A stretch of 64,000 nt of DNA from Chthoniobacterales bacterium. Its GTDB lineage: Bacteria > Verrucomicrobiota > Verrucomicrobiia > Chthoniobacterales > UBA6821. This document shows positions 56,432-63,905 of this stretch, piece after piece. The stretch is taken from contig JAPJNA010000049.1 in the NCBI GenBank assembly GCA_026461395.1, positions 69,538 to 133,537 on the forward strand, read 5' to 3'. Under the pieces are notes generated by a model. It had not been told where the DNA came from, did no database searches, and saw only the letters and a program-made list of their open reading frames with translations. Made by a program: the position numbers and the translations under genes. Numbering within the stretch: position 1 is the stretch's first letter; each line of letters begins with the position of its first letter.

Positions 56432-57397
56432 ATGCCCCTGCTCGCATCCTCCACTTACAGACCGCCATGGGGGCTCGCAAACGGGCATCTGCAGACGATC
56501 CTGCCTGTGCTCTTCCGAAGGGTTCCACTGATCACCCGTGAGAGGGAACGTATTGCGACACCTGACGGGGACTTTCTGGATCTCGACTGGAATCGTGCTC
56601 ACCGGTCGGACTCGCTCGTTATCATCACGCATGGACTGGAGGGGAACTCTGCCAATGCCTCCGTGCAGGGAATGGCTGCTGCCTTTCATTACGCCGGATG
56701 GGATTCTCTGGCCTGGAATCTTCGCGGCTGCAGTGGAGAGATGAACCGATTGCTACGCACCTACCACAGCGGAGCCTGGGAAGACCTCCAGTGCGTCATC
56801 GAACATGCCGCTGGGGAATATCAGCACATTGCCTTGGTCGGCTTCAGCATCGGCGGAAACCTCACGCTGAAATATCTGGGGGATCGTGGCTCAGCGATCC
56901 ACCCCTCTATTAAAGGAGCCGTCGCGTTCTCCGTACCGTGCGATCTCGCCTCCAGTGCCCTAGTCCTAGAGAGCCGAATCAACAGCATCTACATGAACCA
57001 CTTCATGCAGGATCTCCGTCGGAAAATCCGGGAGAAGGCCGCAGCTTTTCCGGGAGGGATTTCCACGGAGGGACTCGACCAGATCCGGACATTCCGCGAA
57101 TTTGACGGCTCCTACACCGCTCCTCTAAATGGCTTTCTGAGTGCCGAGGATTACTGGGCAAGGGCCAGCAGCAAGCCATCACTCGCTGGGATCACCGTAC
57201 CAACACTTCTAGTCAATGCGCTCAATGATCCCTTCCTCGGAGCTGAATGTTTTCCAAGAGAAGAAGCCGATTCAAATCCCCATCTATTCTTAGAACTCCC
57301 GGAAAGCGGCGGCCACCTCGGCTTCATCACGCATGGGGAGGAATACTGGTCCGAAACCCGTGCTGTGGAGTTCTGCGGACGGCTGTTAGGGGATTAG
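56432..57397 (+). CDS. Alpha/beta-fold hydrolase (YheT/ABHD-like)
   Basis: ATG 56432. YRPPWGLANGHLQTILPVLFRRV, ITHGLEGNS, and the nucleophile elbow GFSIGGN. Confidence 0.82.
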   Translation: MPLLASSTYRPPWGLANGHLQTILPVLFRRVPLITRERERIATPDGDFLDLDWNRAHRSDSLVIITHGLEGNSANASVQGMAAAFHYAGWDSLAWNLRGCSGEMNRLLRTYHSGAWEDLQCVIEHAAGEYQHIALVGFSIGGNLTLKYLGDRGSAIHPSIKGAVAFSVPCDLASSALVLESRINSIYMNHFMQDLRRKIREKAAAFPGGISTEGLDQIRTFREFDGSYTAPLNGFLSAEDYWARASSKPSLAGITVPTLLVNALNDPFLGAECFPREEADSNPHLFLELPESGGHLGFITHGEEYWSETRAVEFCGRLLGD

Positions 57398-57434
57398 GCT
57401 CTAGGCTTTTAGGTCAGAGGGGATCAGGAATTGG
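57381..57434. repeat. Family B mosaic repeat, copy 1 (overlaps hydrolase stop codon)
   Basis: GGCTGTTAGGGGATTAGGCTCTAGGCTTTTAGGTCAGAGGGGATCAGGAATTGG. The TAG stop at 57395-57397 lies inside it. Confidence 0.8.
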
Positions 57435-57500
57435 GGTCTATCTTAAGCCTGTCGTTCTAAACCCCCTTTACTTGTTGCACTTTACTTTTATTGTAAAGGC

Positions 57501-57755
57501 ATGACCACGACCATCAGTAGCAAGGGGCAGATCACCGTTCCGGTGGAGATTCGTGAGGCTTTGGGACTGGAACCGGGCACCCGCATCGACATCCGCTTGG
57601 GGCCATCCGGCACCTTCCTCGCCACCAAGGCCAAGGAGACGAGTTTCTTTGCTAAATTCAAGGGTGTGGCAGGCAAACGAAAAGTCCCCTACGGCGATAG
57701 CATCGAGGCAATGGATCTCCTACGCGGCAACGTTCCCTCCGGGGATGTCGATTAG
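57501..57755 (+). CDS. vapB: AbrB/MazE/SpoVT-family antitoxin (VapB-type)
   Basis: 84 aa. TISSKGQITVPVEIREALGLEPGTRIDI is the swapped-hairpin AbrB motif. Confidence 0.88.
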   Translation: MTTTISSKGQITVPVEIREALGLEPGTRIDIRLGPSGTFLATKAKETSFFAKFKGVAGKRKVPYGDSIEAMDLLRGNVPSGDVD

Positions 57756-57763
57756 AGGGCACC

Positions 57764-58180
57764 ATGATCACCGCCATTGATTCCAACATCCTTATTGATG
57801 TGATAGGGAGCCCTTCCAGGTTCACCGATCCAGCCATCCAAGCTCTAGATGAGGCCCGCCAAGCGGGTGCCCTTATCATCTCCCCGATTGTCGTGGCTGA
57901 AATTGCCGGACATTTTTCCTCTGCATCCCAGCAGGAGAAGTGCCTGCGCGAGATGGGCCTGAGGCTTATTGACTTCAGTATGGAGGATTCATTCCACGCA
58001 GGGCAGGCCTACATCGCCTACAAATCCCGCAGCAAAGATCCGAAGCCTCGAATGCTCGCTGACTTTCTAGTCGGAGCCCATGCCTCACTCCAGGCAGATC
58101 AACTGATGACCCGCGATAGAGGCTACTACCGCACCTACTTTCCGAAGCTCAAGATTGTGGAGCCGACGAGGTCGGTTTAG
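57764..58180 (+). CDS. vapC: PIN-domain toxin VapC
   Basis: 138 aa. AIDSNILIDV, ISPIVVAEI, LADFLVGAHASLQADQLMTRD. Confidence 0.88.
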   Translation: MITAIDSNILIDVIGSPSRFTDPAIQALDEARQAGALIISPIVVAEIAGHFSSASQQEKCLREMGLRLIDFSMEDSFHAGQAYIAYKSRSKDPKPRMLADFLVGAHASLQADQLMTRDRGYYRTYFPKLKIVEPTRSV

Positions 58181-58206
58181 GCTGTTAGGTCAGAAGGGAT
58201 CGGGAG
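58173..58206. repeat. Family B repeat, copy 2 (overlaps vapC stop codon)
   Basis: GGTTTAGGCTGTTAGGTCAGAAGGGATCGGGAG. The TAG stop at 58178-58180 lies inside it. Confidence 0.8.
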
Positions 58207-58431
58207 CCGGCGGCAGAGGATATACTCTGGAGCTAATTGTCTGACCGCTGCTTCAAGCACTCAGGAAATGGCCGTGATAGCCAACCCTGGAAGCTGAAAC
58301 CTTAGGGGAAAGGCGTCAAAACTAGGGACTGACCCCTTTTCTTTTCACATGTTTGTTCGCGGAAAATACTAGGCCACCTTCAGAAGAGGGTAGTGTTCAG
58401 CACCTATTAGGGTTTGAATAGATAATACAAA

Positions 58432-59460
58432 ATGGATTCTGGCTTCGAAACCACAAGATTTAGACAGGGAGTTATTCATCCCATTACAGGTAAGATTTTC
58501 TGGAGTTATGACAGGGGCAGAGAGCAATGGATTACAGCAGATATGTTCAATTCTCGCATAGAGAAGAGGCGATCTAAAAGAGCTGAATTAAATGCTTATA
58601 GCAGGATGAGGTATGAAAAGAAAAAGGAAGAACTCTTAGAAAAACAGCGAATTTATAGGGTTGAGAACAAAGAGCGAATAGCACAGAGAAGAAAGGAATA
58701 TGGAGATCGTACTAAAGCTGAGAAGGCAGAATATGATCGGAAGTACCGCACCAAGAATTCCGTACACCTCAAAAAAAAGAGCAACCGTTATTATGAGACT
58801 AACCGGATCATAATATCCGCTAAAACTAAGGAGAAGGCTCGTACTCTTACGACAGAACAAAAAGCCTTTCGAAAAGCTCAAAAGAAAGTATGGGAAGATA
58901 AAAACCGTCAGCTCCTGAATCATCGCCGCAGGGAAGCCCGGCATGCAAATCCACAACCACAGAGGCTTTACTACCTGAAAAACAGGGAGAGTATACTCGC
59001 AAAAAACAGGGCTTACAATATATCTAATAAAGTAAGCGTTCGGGCTTATAAAAGCACTTGGTCTCGCGAGCGACGAGATTCAGACGCAATCTACAAGATG
59101 ATTATGAACACTCGCTCGTTGATCAGGAATTCCTTCGTTTCAAAAAGACACCTTAAAGGATCAAAGACCGAGGTTATTCTTGGGATGACTGTAAAAGATT
59201 TTGTAATTCACATAAAAAGTATGCTAGCCGGAGATATGAAGCTCGAAAATCACGGCTTGATCTGGCACCTAGATCATAAAGTGCCGGTAATCCTAGCTAT
59301 TACAGAAGAGGAAGTCGTTCTCCTTAATCACTGGTCAAACTTTCATCCGATGCTTGGAAAAGAAAATATTCGCAAGAGCGATTACCTTCCAGATGGTCGC
59401 CGTGCGAGGGATCTATCCGATGAAGAAAAAGCAATAATGCTAAGAGAACTTATTGGATGA
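58432..59460 (+). CDS. Repeat-rich basic protein with C-terminal HNH nuclease motif
   Basis: 342 aa in a clearly AT-rich stretch. C-terminal WHLDHKVPV...NHWSNFHPMLGKENIRKSD fits the H-N-H pattern. The N-terminal 200 aa carry reiterated Y-x2-x-N-K/R-E-x-I/L...K-x-Y units (IYRVENKERIAQRRKEY, RYYETNRIIISAKTKE, LYYLKNRESILAKNRAY). Confidence 0.7.
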   Translation: MDSGFETTRFRQGVIHPITGKIFWSYDRGREQWITADMFNSRIEKRRSKRAELNAYSRMRYEKKKEELLEKQRIYRVENKERIAQRRKEYGDRTKAEKAEYDRKYRTKNSVHLKKKSNRYYETNRIIISAKTKEKARTLTTEQKAFRKAQKKVWEDKNRQLLNHRRREARHANPQPQRLYYLKNRESILAKNRAYNISNKVSVRAYKSTWSRERRDSDAIYKMIMNTRSLIRNSFVSKRHLKGSKTEVILGMTVKDFVIHIKSMLAGDMKLENHGLIWHLDHKVPVILAITEEEVVLLNHWSNFHPMLGKENIRKSDYLPDGRRARDLSDEEKAIMLRELIG

Positions 59461-59851
59461 TGGCAGTCTGCTATTAGTTTTAATATTGTTAAGCTATCTT
59501 GGCGTCTTATATCAACCGAAGCTTGCTGAAACAAAGCGATTTTAATTAAGAATCTTTTTGATACGAAGGCTTGCCCGTCGAAGCCTTAATTAATGTAAAA
59601 ATTCGTAACTGCATGATTCAGCAAGACTTTACCGAAGATCCCCTCCTTCTCTAATTCGAGACTCGCCATCTTGGATGCCTGTTATTTTGTACGAGATAAC
59701 AGAAGCACTTGGGTCATGACCTAGGGTCAAAACTCACAGTTCGTCCTTCCCAAAGGCTTGGAAGTTTTGATGTCGCGCTAGGCGCGCGAGCTAAGCTGTA
59801 GTGAACTACTGCAAGCGAGCAGCAACAACGCGCAGCGCAAAAATCCCAAGC

Positions 59852-61126
59852 CTACAAAAGTAATAGCGCAGGGGACTCGAGCAACTTCCTCAGAGCTGTC
59901 ATATATTCCGCCGCCACCGCTCCATCCACCACGCGATGGTCGCCGCTGAGGGTGATGCTCATGCGGTGGCCGATCTCGATCTCGTCGCAGCTGTTGACCA
60001 CGGGTTTCTTGACGATCGCTCCGACCGCTAGGATCGCGGCCTGGGGAGGATTCACGATGGCGCAGAACTGCTCGATGCCGTAGGAGCCGAGGTTGGAGAC
60101 GGTGATGGTACCTCCGGCATATTCGTCGGGCTTGAGCTTCTTGTCCCGGGCACGGGTCGCGAGATCCTTCACAGCGGCGCTGATTTCCTTGAGAGAAAGC
60201 TTCTGGGCGTCGCGGATGACGGGGGTGACAAGGCCATCCTCGACGGCGATGGCCACGGAGAGATTTACACTGCCGTACTCGATGATGGCGTCGCCGGCGA
60301 AGGCGGCGTTGACCTTCGGCTTCTGCATGGCGGCACGGGCCACTGCGGAGAGGGCGATGTCGTTGAAGGTGATCTTCCCTCCGCTCGCTGCGATGTACTC
60401 CTTGCGGAAGGCCATCATCGGTGCGGCGTCGATCTCGATGGAGAGATAGAAATGCGGGATCTGGGTCTTGCTCGCGAGAAGGCGCTCGGCGATGACACGA
60501 CGCATACCGGAAAGAGGAACACGGGTCTCAGGCATCCCGGCAATCGGTGTCGGGAGAATGGCGGCCACGGAGGATGAGCCGGCGGCTGGAGCCGGGGAGC
60601 CTACAGGAGCACTCTCGACGTCAAAAGCGATGATGCGTCCGCCGGGACCTGTGCCCTTAACGGCATCAAGGCGGACACCGCGGGCGTCGGCGATCTTGCG
60701 GGCAAGGGGAGTCGATTTCACGCGAACGCCTGCGTTCACATTTCCACCGGCTCCGCCACTACGAAGAGCGGCAGCGCGTGCGCGTGGGGTGAGAGGGCGA
60801 CCGGTGGAAACCGCAGGACGGGCGGCGGGAGCATCAGCCACAGGGGCGGTGGGAGCAGGTGAGGCTTTCGGTTTGTCACCGGCTTTTTCTCCATCCTTCA
60901 GCACAAGGGCCAGCGCGGCGCCTACTAGGACCTTGCCACCTTCTGGAACGAAAATGTCGGCGAGCGTGCCCTCCTCAAAGGACTCCATCTCCATAGTTGC
61001 CTTATCAGTCTCGACCTCAGCCAGAATGTCGCCGACCTCGATCTTGTCCCCCTTCTTCTTGTGCCAGCGCAGGAGGGTGCCCTCCGTCATGGTGTCGCTT
61101 AACTTGGGCATCGTGATCTCGGGCAT
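59852..61126 (-). CDS. pdhC: Pyruvate dehydrogenase complex E2, dihydrolipoamide acetyltransferase
   Basis: 424 aa. Lipoyl domain AEVETDKATME, PSBD STPLARKIADARGV, catalytic LSGDHRVVDGAVAAEY. Confidence 0.92.
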   Translation of the reverse strand: MPEITMPKLSDTMTEGTLLRWHKKKGDKIEVGDILAEVETDKATMEMESFEEGTLADIFVPEGGKVLVGAALALVLKDGEKAGDKPKASPAPTAPVADAPAARPAVSTGRPLTPRARAAALRSGGAGGNVNAGVRVKSTPLARKIADARGVRLDAVKGTGPGGRIIAFDVESAPVGSPAPAAGSSSVAAILPTPIAGMPETRVPLSGMRRVIAERLLASKTQIPHFYLSIEIDAAPMMAFRKEYIAASGGKITFNDIALSAVARAAMQKPKVNAAFAGDAIIEYGSVNLSVAIAVEDGLVTPVIRDAQKLSLKEISAAVKDLATRARDKKLKPDEYAGGTITVSNLGSYGIEQFCAIVNPPQAAILAVGAIVKKPVVNSCDEIEIGHRMSITLSGDHRVVDGAVAAEYMTALRKLLESPALLLL

Positions 61127-61160
61127 GGGAGTAGGAGGTAGGCTGTGGGCTAAAGGGAAA

Positions 61161-61204
61161 GGCTATTAGCGGTTTAGGCTGAAGGCTGTTAGGTCAGAAG
61201 GGTG
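61161..61204. repeat. Family B repeat, copy 3 (pdhB-pdhC spacer)
   Basis: GGCTATTAGCGGTTTAGGCTGAAGGCTGTTAGGTCAGAAGGGTG. Confidence 0.8.
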
Positions 61205-61210
61205 AAAATT

Positions 61211-61236
61211 AATATGGAACTCAAGAACTCAGGAAA
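61211..61236. repeat. Family A solo arm, copy 3
   Basis: AATATGGAACTCAAGAACTCAGGAAA. I found no inverted partner before the pdhB stop. Confidence 0.8.
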
Positions 61237-61270
61237 GGAATTGGGTATCTTTTCTTTGCCTTTACTCCGC

Positions 61271-61286
61271 GCCTCTGCGCCTCTGC
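61271..61286. repeat. Octamer tandem duplication GCCTCTGC x2
   Basis: Copies at 61271-78 and 61279-86. Same doubled-octamer style as the family A arms. Confidence 0.8.
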
Positions 61287-61338
61287 GCGAGAATTTTTCT
61301 CTCAGACTCTGGAAAGAAGCGCGTGTTCATTCAGAAAA

Positions 61339-62313
61339 TCAAAAGCTTGAAAGTACTTTGGCGACGACGGCTTGGGCGTCGGGGAGCTGGAGCTTCTCGA
61401 GTGGCATGCTGTAGATGGCCGGCGCATCGAGAGCCGTGACGCGGAGGACTGGTGCATCCAGATCGTCGAAGGCGTGCTCGGCAAGGAGGGCCGCGATCTG
61501 GGAGCTGACGCCGCAGAAGGGCTTGTTCTCGTCGACGAGGATGGCTCGGTGGGTCTTCGCGACGGAGTTGAGGATGGTCTCTTCGTCGAGCGGGCGGATG
61601 GAGCGCAGGTCAACGACCTCGGCCTCGATGCCATGTTCTGTCGCTAGGATCTCGGCGGCGGCAAGGCAGGTGAGGACGGCGCGGCCATGGGCGATGAGGG
61701 AGACATCGAGCCCCTCGCGCTTCACTTCCGCGACGCCGAGCGGGATGGTGTAGGAACCTTCCGGAACCTCGCCGAGGTCACCGTAGAGAAGGGTGTTCTC
61801 CATGAAGCAGACGGTATCATTATCACGGATGGAGGAAATCATAAGGCCCTTGGCATCGTAAGGGGTGGCGGGACAGACGACCTTCAGGCCGGGGGTATTC
61901 GCCAGGAAGTTCTCCGGGGTGTGGGAGTGGGTCGCACCGACATTCGTGCCTCCATTGGCAGGGCCGCGGATGACCATCGGGACATTGATGAGTCCGCCCG
62001 ACATGTAGCGGACACAGCCGGCGTTATTGATGATCTGGTCGAAGCCGACATACGCAAAGCTCCAGAACATGAGTTCAACCACCGGACGCAGGCCCATCAT
62101 GGCGGCGCCAACGCCGAGGCCAAGGAAGGCAGCCTCACTGATCGGGGTGTCGATAACTCGCTTAGAGCCGAAACGCTTCCAGAGACCCTCGGTGACCTTG
62201 TAGGCGCCGTTATACTGGGCGACTTCCTCACCCATGAGGAAGACGTTCTCGTCGCGGGTGAGCTCTTCGGCGAACGCGTCGTTCAGGGCCTGGCGGTAAG
62301 TGATGAGAGGCAT
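61339..62313 (-). CDS. pdhB: Pyruvate dehydrogenase E1 component, beta subunit
   Basis: 324 aa. ITYRQALNDAFAEELTRDENVFLMGEEVAQYNGAYKVT, TPISEAAFLGLGVGAA, VVDLRSIRPLD. Confidence 0.94.
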   Translation of the reverse strand: MPLITYRQALNDAFAEELTRDENVFLMGEEVAQYNGAYKVTEGLWKRFGSKRVIDTPISEAAFLGLGVGAAMMGLRPVVELMFWSFAYVGFDQIINNAGCVRYMSGGLINVPMVIRGPANGGTNVGATHSHTPENFLANTPGLKVVCPATPYDAKGLMISSIRDNDTVCFMENTLLYGDLGEVPEGSYTIPLGVAEVKREGLDVSLIAHGRAVLTCLAAAEILATEHGIEAEVVDLRSIRPLDEETILNSVAKTHRAILVDENKPFCGVSSQIAALLAEHAFDDLDAPVLRVTALDAPAIYSMPLEKLQLPDAQAVVAKVLSSF

Positions 62314-62333
62314 GCGGAAAGGTGTTTAGCGGT

Positions 62334-62370
62334 TTAGGCTGTAGGCTATTAGGCTAGAGAATGCCGCTGG
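62334..62370. repeat. Family B repeat, copy 4 (pdhA-pdhB spacer)
   Basis: GTTTAGCGGTTTAGGCTGTAGGCTATTAGGCTAGAGA. It shares TAGCGGTTTAGGCTG with copy 3. Confidence 0.8.
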
Positions 62371-62393
62371 AAAAAAAGAGTTCATAGCGGGCG

Positions 62394-63668
62394 TTATTCG
62401 CTGAAGAAGAAGCGGCCGGTCTGGCCGGCCTCGGTCTTGTGATCCACCTCGTGGTAGATGTCCTCAAAGATGCTCTCCTCCGAGGGCCATGGGCTGGCTA
62501 TCCCGAACTCTACTGCAGCGGCGGCTTCGGCCTTGGCCTCGTCATCGATCTTCTCGATCTGGGCTTGAGTCACAGTCTTCTCCTTGAGCAGCTGATTTTG
62601 CCAGCGGGTGATCGGGTCGTAGTCGCTCTTGTAGAGCTCGATTTCCTCGGGTGCGCGGTACTTCTTGGCATTCGCATCGGCCACGGAATGGCCGTAGTAG
62701 CGGTAGGTGGAGACCTCGAGGACCATCGGCTTGGACTCTTTGCGGGCGCGCTCCATGGCGGCTCCGAGATTGGCCCGTAGCTCGTAGAGGTCAAAGCCTT
62801 CACAGGTGGCCCACTCGACGCAGAAGCCCTCGGCACGCTTGGCCAGTGAGCCATTCACGGCCGAGGAACGCTCGAGGCTGGTCCCCATGGAGTAGCCATT
62901 GTTCTCGATGACATAGACGATCGGAAGATCCCAAAGCGCGGCCATGTTCAGGCACTCGCTGAAGACGCCCTGATTGACCGCACCATCACCCAGGAAGGCA
63001 ACCGCGCAGCCGTTGATCTTCTTGTATTTGATGGCGAAGGCGAGGCCTAGGCCAAGCGGGGTCTGGCCGGCAACGATGCCGTGACCGCCCCAGTAATGCT
63101 TGTCGGGGGCGAAGAAGTGCATCGAGCCCCCCTTTCCCTTGGAGCAGCCGGTGCCTTTGCCGAAGAGTTCGGCCATGCATTCGTTCATTCCCATGCCAAC
63201 GGCCAAGGCGTGGCCGTGGTCCCGGTAGGCGGTGATGATTTCGTCGTGTCCGTTCATCAAGGAAGCGGTGCCGACGGCAACCGACTCCTGGCCATTGTAG
63301 AGATGGAGGAAGCCCCCCATGATCCCCTGATTGTAGTACTTCAGGGCCTGCTGCTCAAAGCGGCGGATACGGAGCATCTCGCGGAGGTAGCCGATCTTCT
63401 GTGCGGGCTTCAGGGAAGCATTGAAAGGGGACTTTGAGAAATCGACCTTAGAGGGAGTTTTAGTGGCGTCCTTCAGCACAGCTTTCGGAGCACTGGGGGC
63501 CTTCTTGGCAGGGGCCTTTTCCAGAGGAAGGGGCTTCTTGCCACCCTTCTTGGGAGTAGCCTTTGACAGCGGCTTCGCCTGAGACTTCGGCTTAGAGACG
63601 ACAGGGCGGACGGCCTTTTTAGGGGCGCTCTTTTTAGATTGGGAAGGTTTGGAAAGCTTGCGAGCCAT
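62394..63668 (-). CDS. pdhA: Pyruvate dehydrogenase E1 component, alpha subunit, with Lys/Pro/Ala-rich N-terminal extension
   Basis: 424 aa. Catalytic part: MLRIRRFEQQALKYYNQGIMGGFLHLYNGQE, FLGDGAVNQG, YRYYGHSVAD. The first 74 residues contain 21 Lys (my count). Confidence 0.9.
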   Translation of the reverse strand: MARKLSKPSQSKKSAPKKAVRPVVSKPKSQAKPLSKATPKKGGKKPLPLEKAPAKKAPSAPKAVLKDATKTPSKVDFSKSPFNASLKPAQKIGYLREMLRIRRFEQQALKYYNQGIMGGFLHLYNGQESVAVGTASLMNGHDEIITAYRDHGHALAVGMGMNECMAELFGKGTGCSKGKGGSMHFFAPDKHYWGGHGIVAGQTPLGLGLAFAIKYKKINGCAVAFLGDGAVNQGVFSECLNMAALWDLPIVYVIENNGYSMGTSLERSSAVNGSLAKRAEGFCVEWATCEGFDLYELRANLGAAMERARKESKPMVLEVSTYRYYGHSVADANAKKYRAPEEIELYKSDYDPITRWQNQLLKEKTVTQAQIEKIDDEAKAEAAAAVEFGIASPWPSEESIFEDIYHEVDHKTEAGQTGRFFFSE

Positions 63669-63761
63669 ACGCTGTGTCCATTCGGGGATGCCGAATGCGA
63701 AGGGGAAACTATCCAGAAATCAGCCCGATGCGGCAAGCCCGAAGCAACCAGACATAGAGAT

Positions 63762-63905
63762 AATCTGGAACTCAGGAACTCAGGAACCGATGGGATTTTT
63801 TATGCTCTACAACTTAGAAAAAAAGACCCCACCCGCGGCTTGCGGAGTGAGGCCTGTAATCTCAGGTTTGCTCAGGTCTTTTCCTGAGCCCCTGAATTCC
63901 AAAGG
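63762..63905. repeat. Family A element, copy 4 (flipped relative to copies 1-2)
   Basis: AATCTGGAACTCAGGAACTCAGGAAC at 63762-63787. The degenerate inverted arm TTCCTGAGCCCCTGAATTCCAAAGG is at 63881-63905. Confidence 0.85.
63817..63852 (-). terminator. Rho-independent terminator on the minus strand, inside family A copy 4
   Basis: The minus strand reads CCTCACTCCGC-aagcc-GCGGGTGGGG followed by TCTTTTTTTC. That is a 10-bp stem with one bulge and one G-U pair, then a T7 run. Confidence 0.55.

Noticed and set aside
41418-63905. Possibility that the recurring 25-mer marks a CRISPR array
   Set aside because: The copies are kilobases apart, occur in both orientations as inverted pairs, and are not separated by uniform spacers. 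No cas genes are present.
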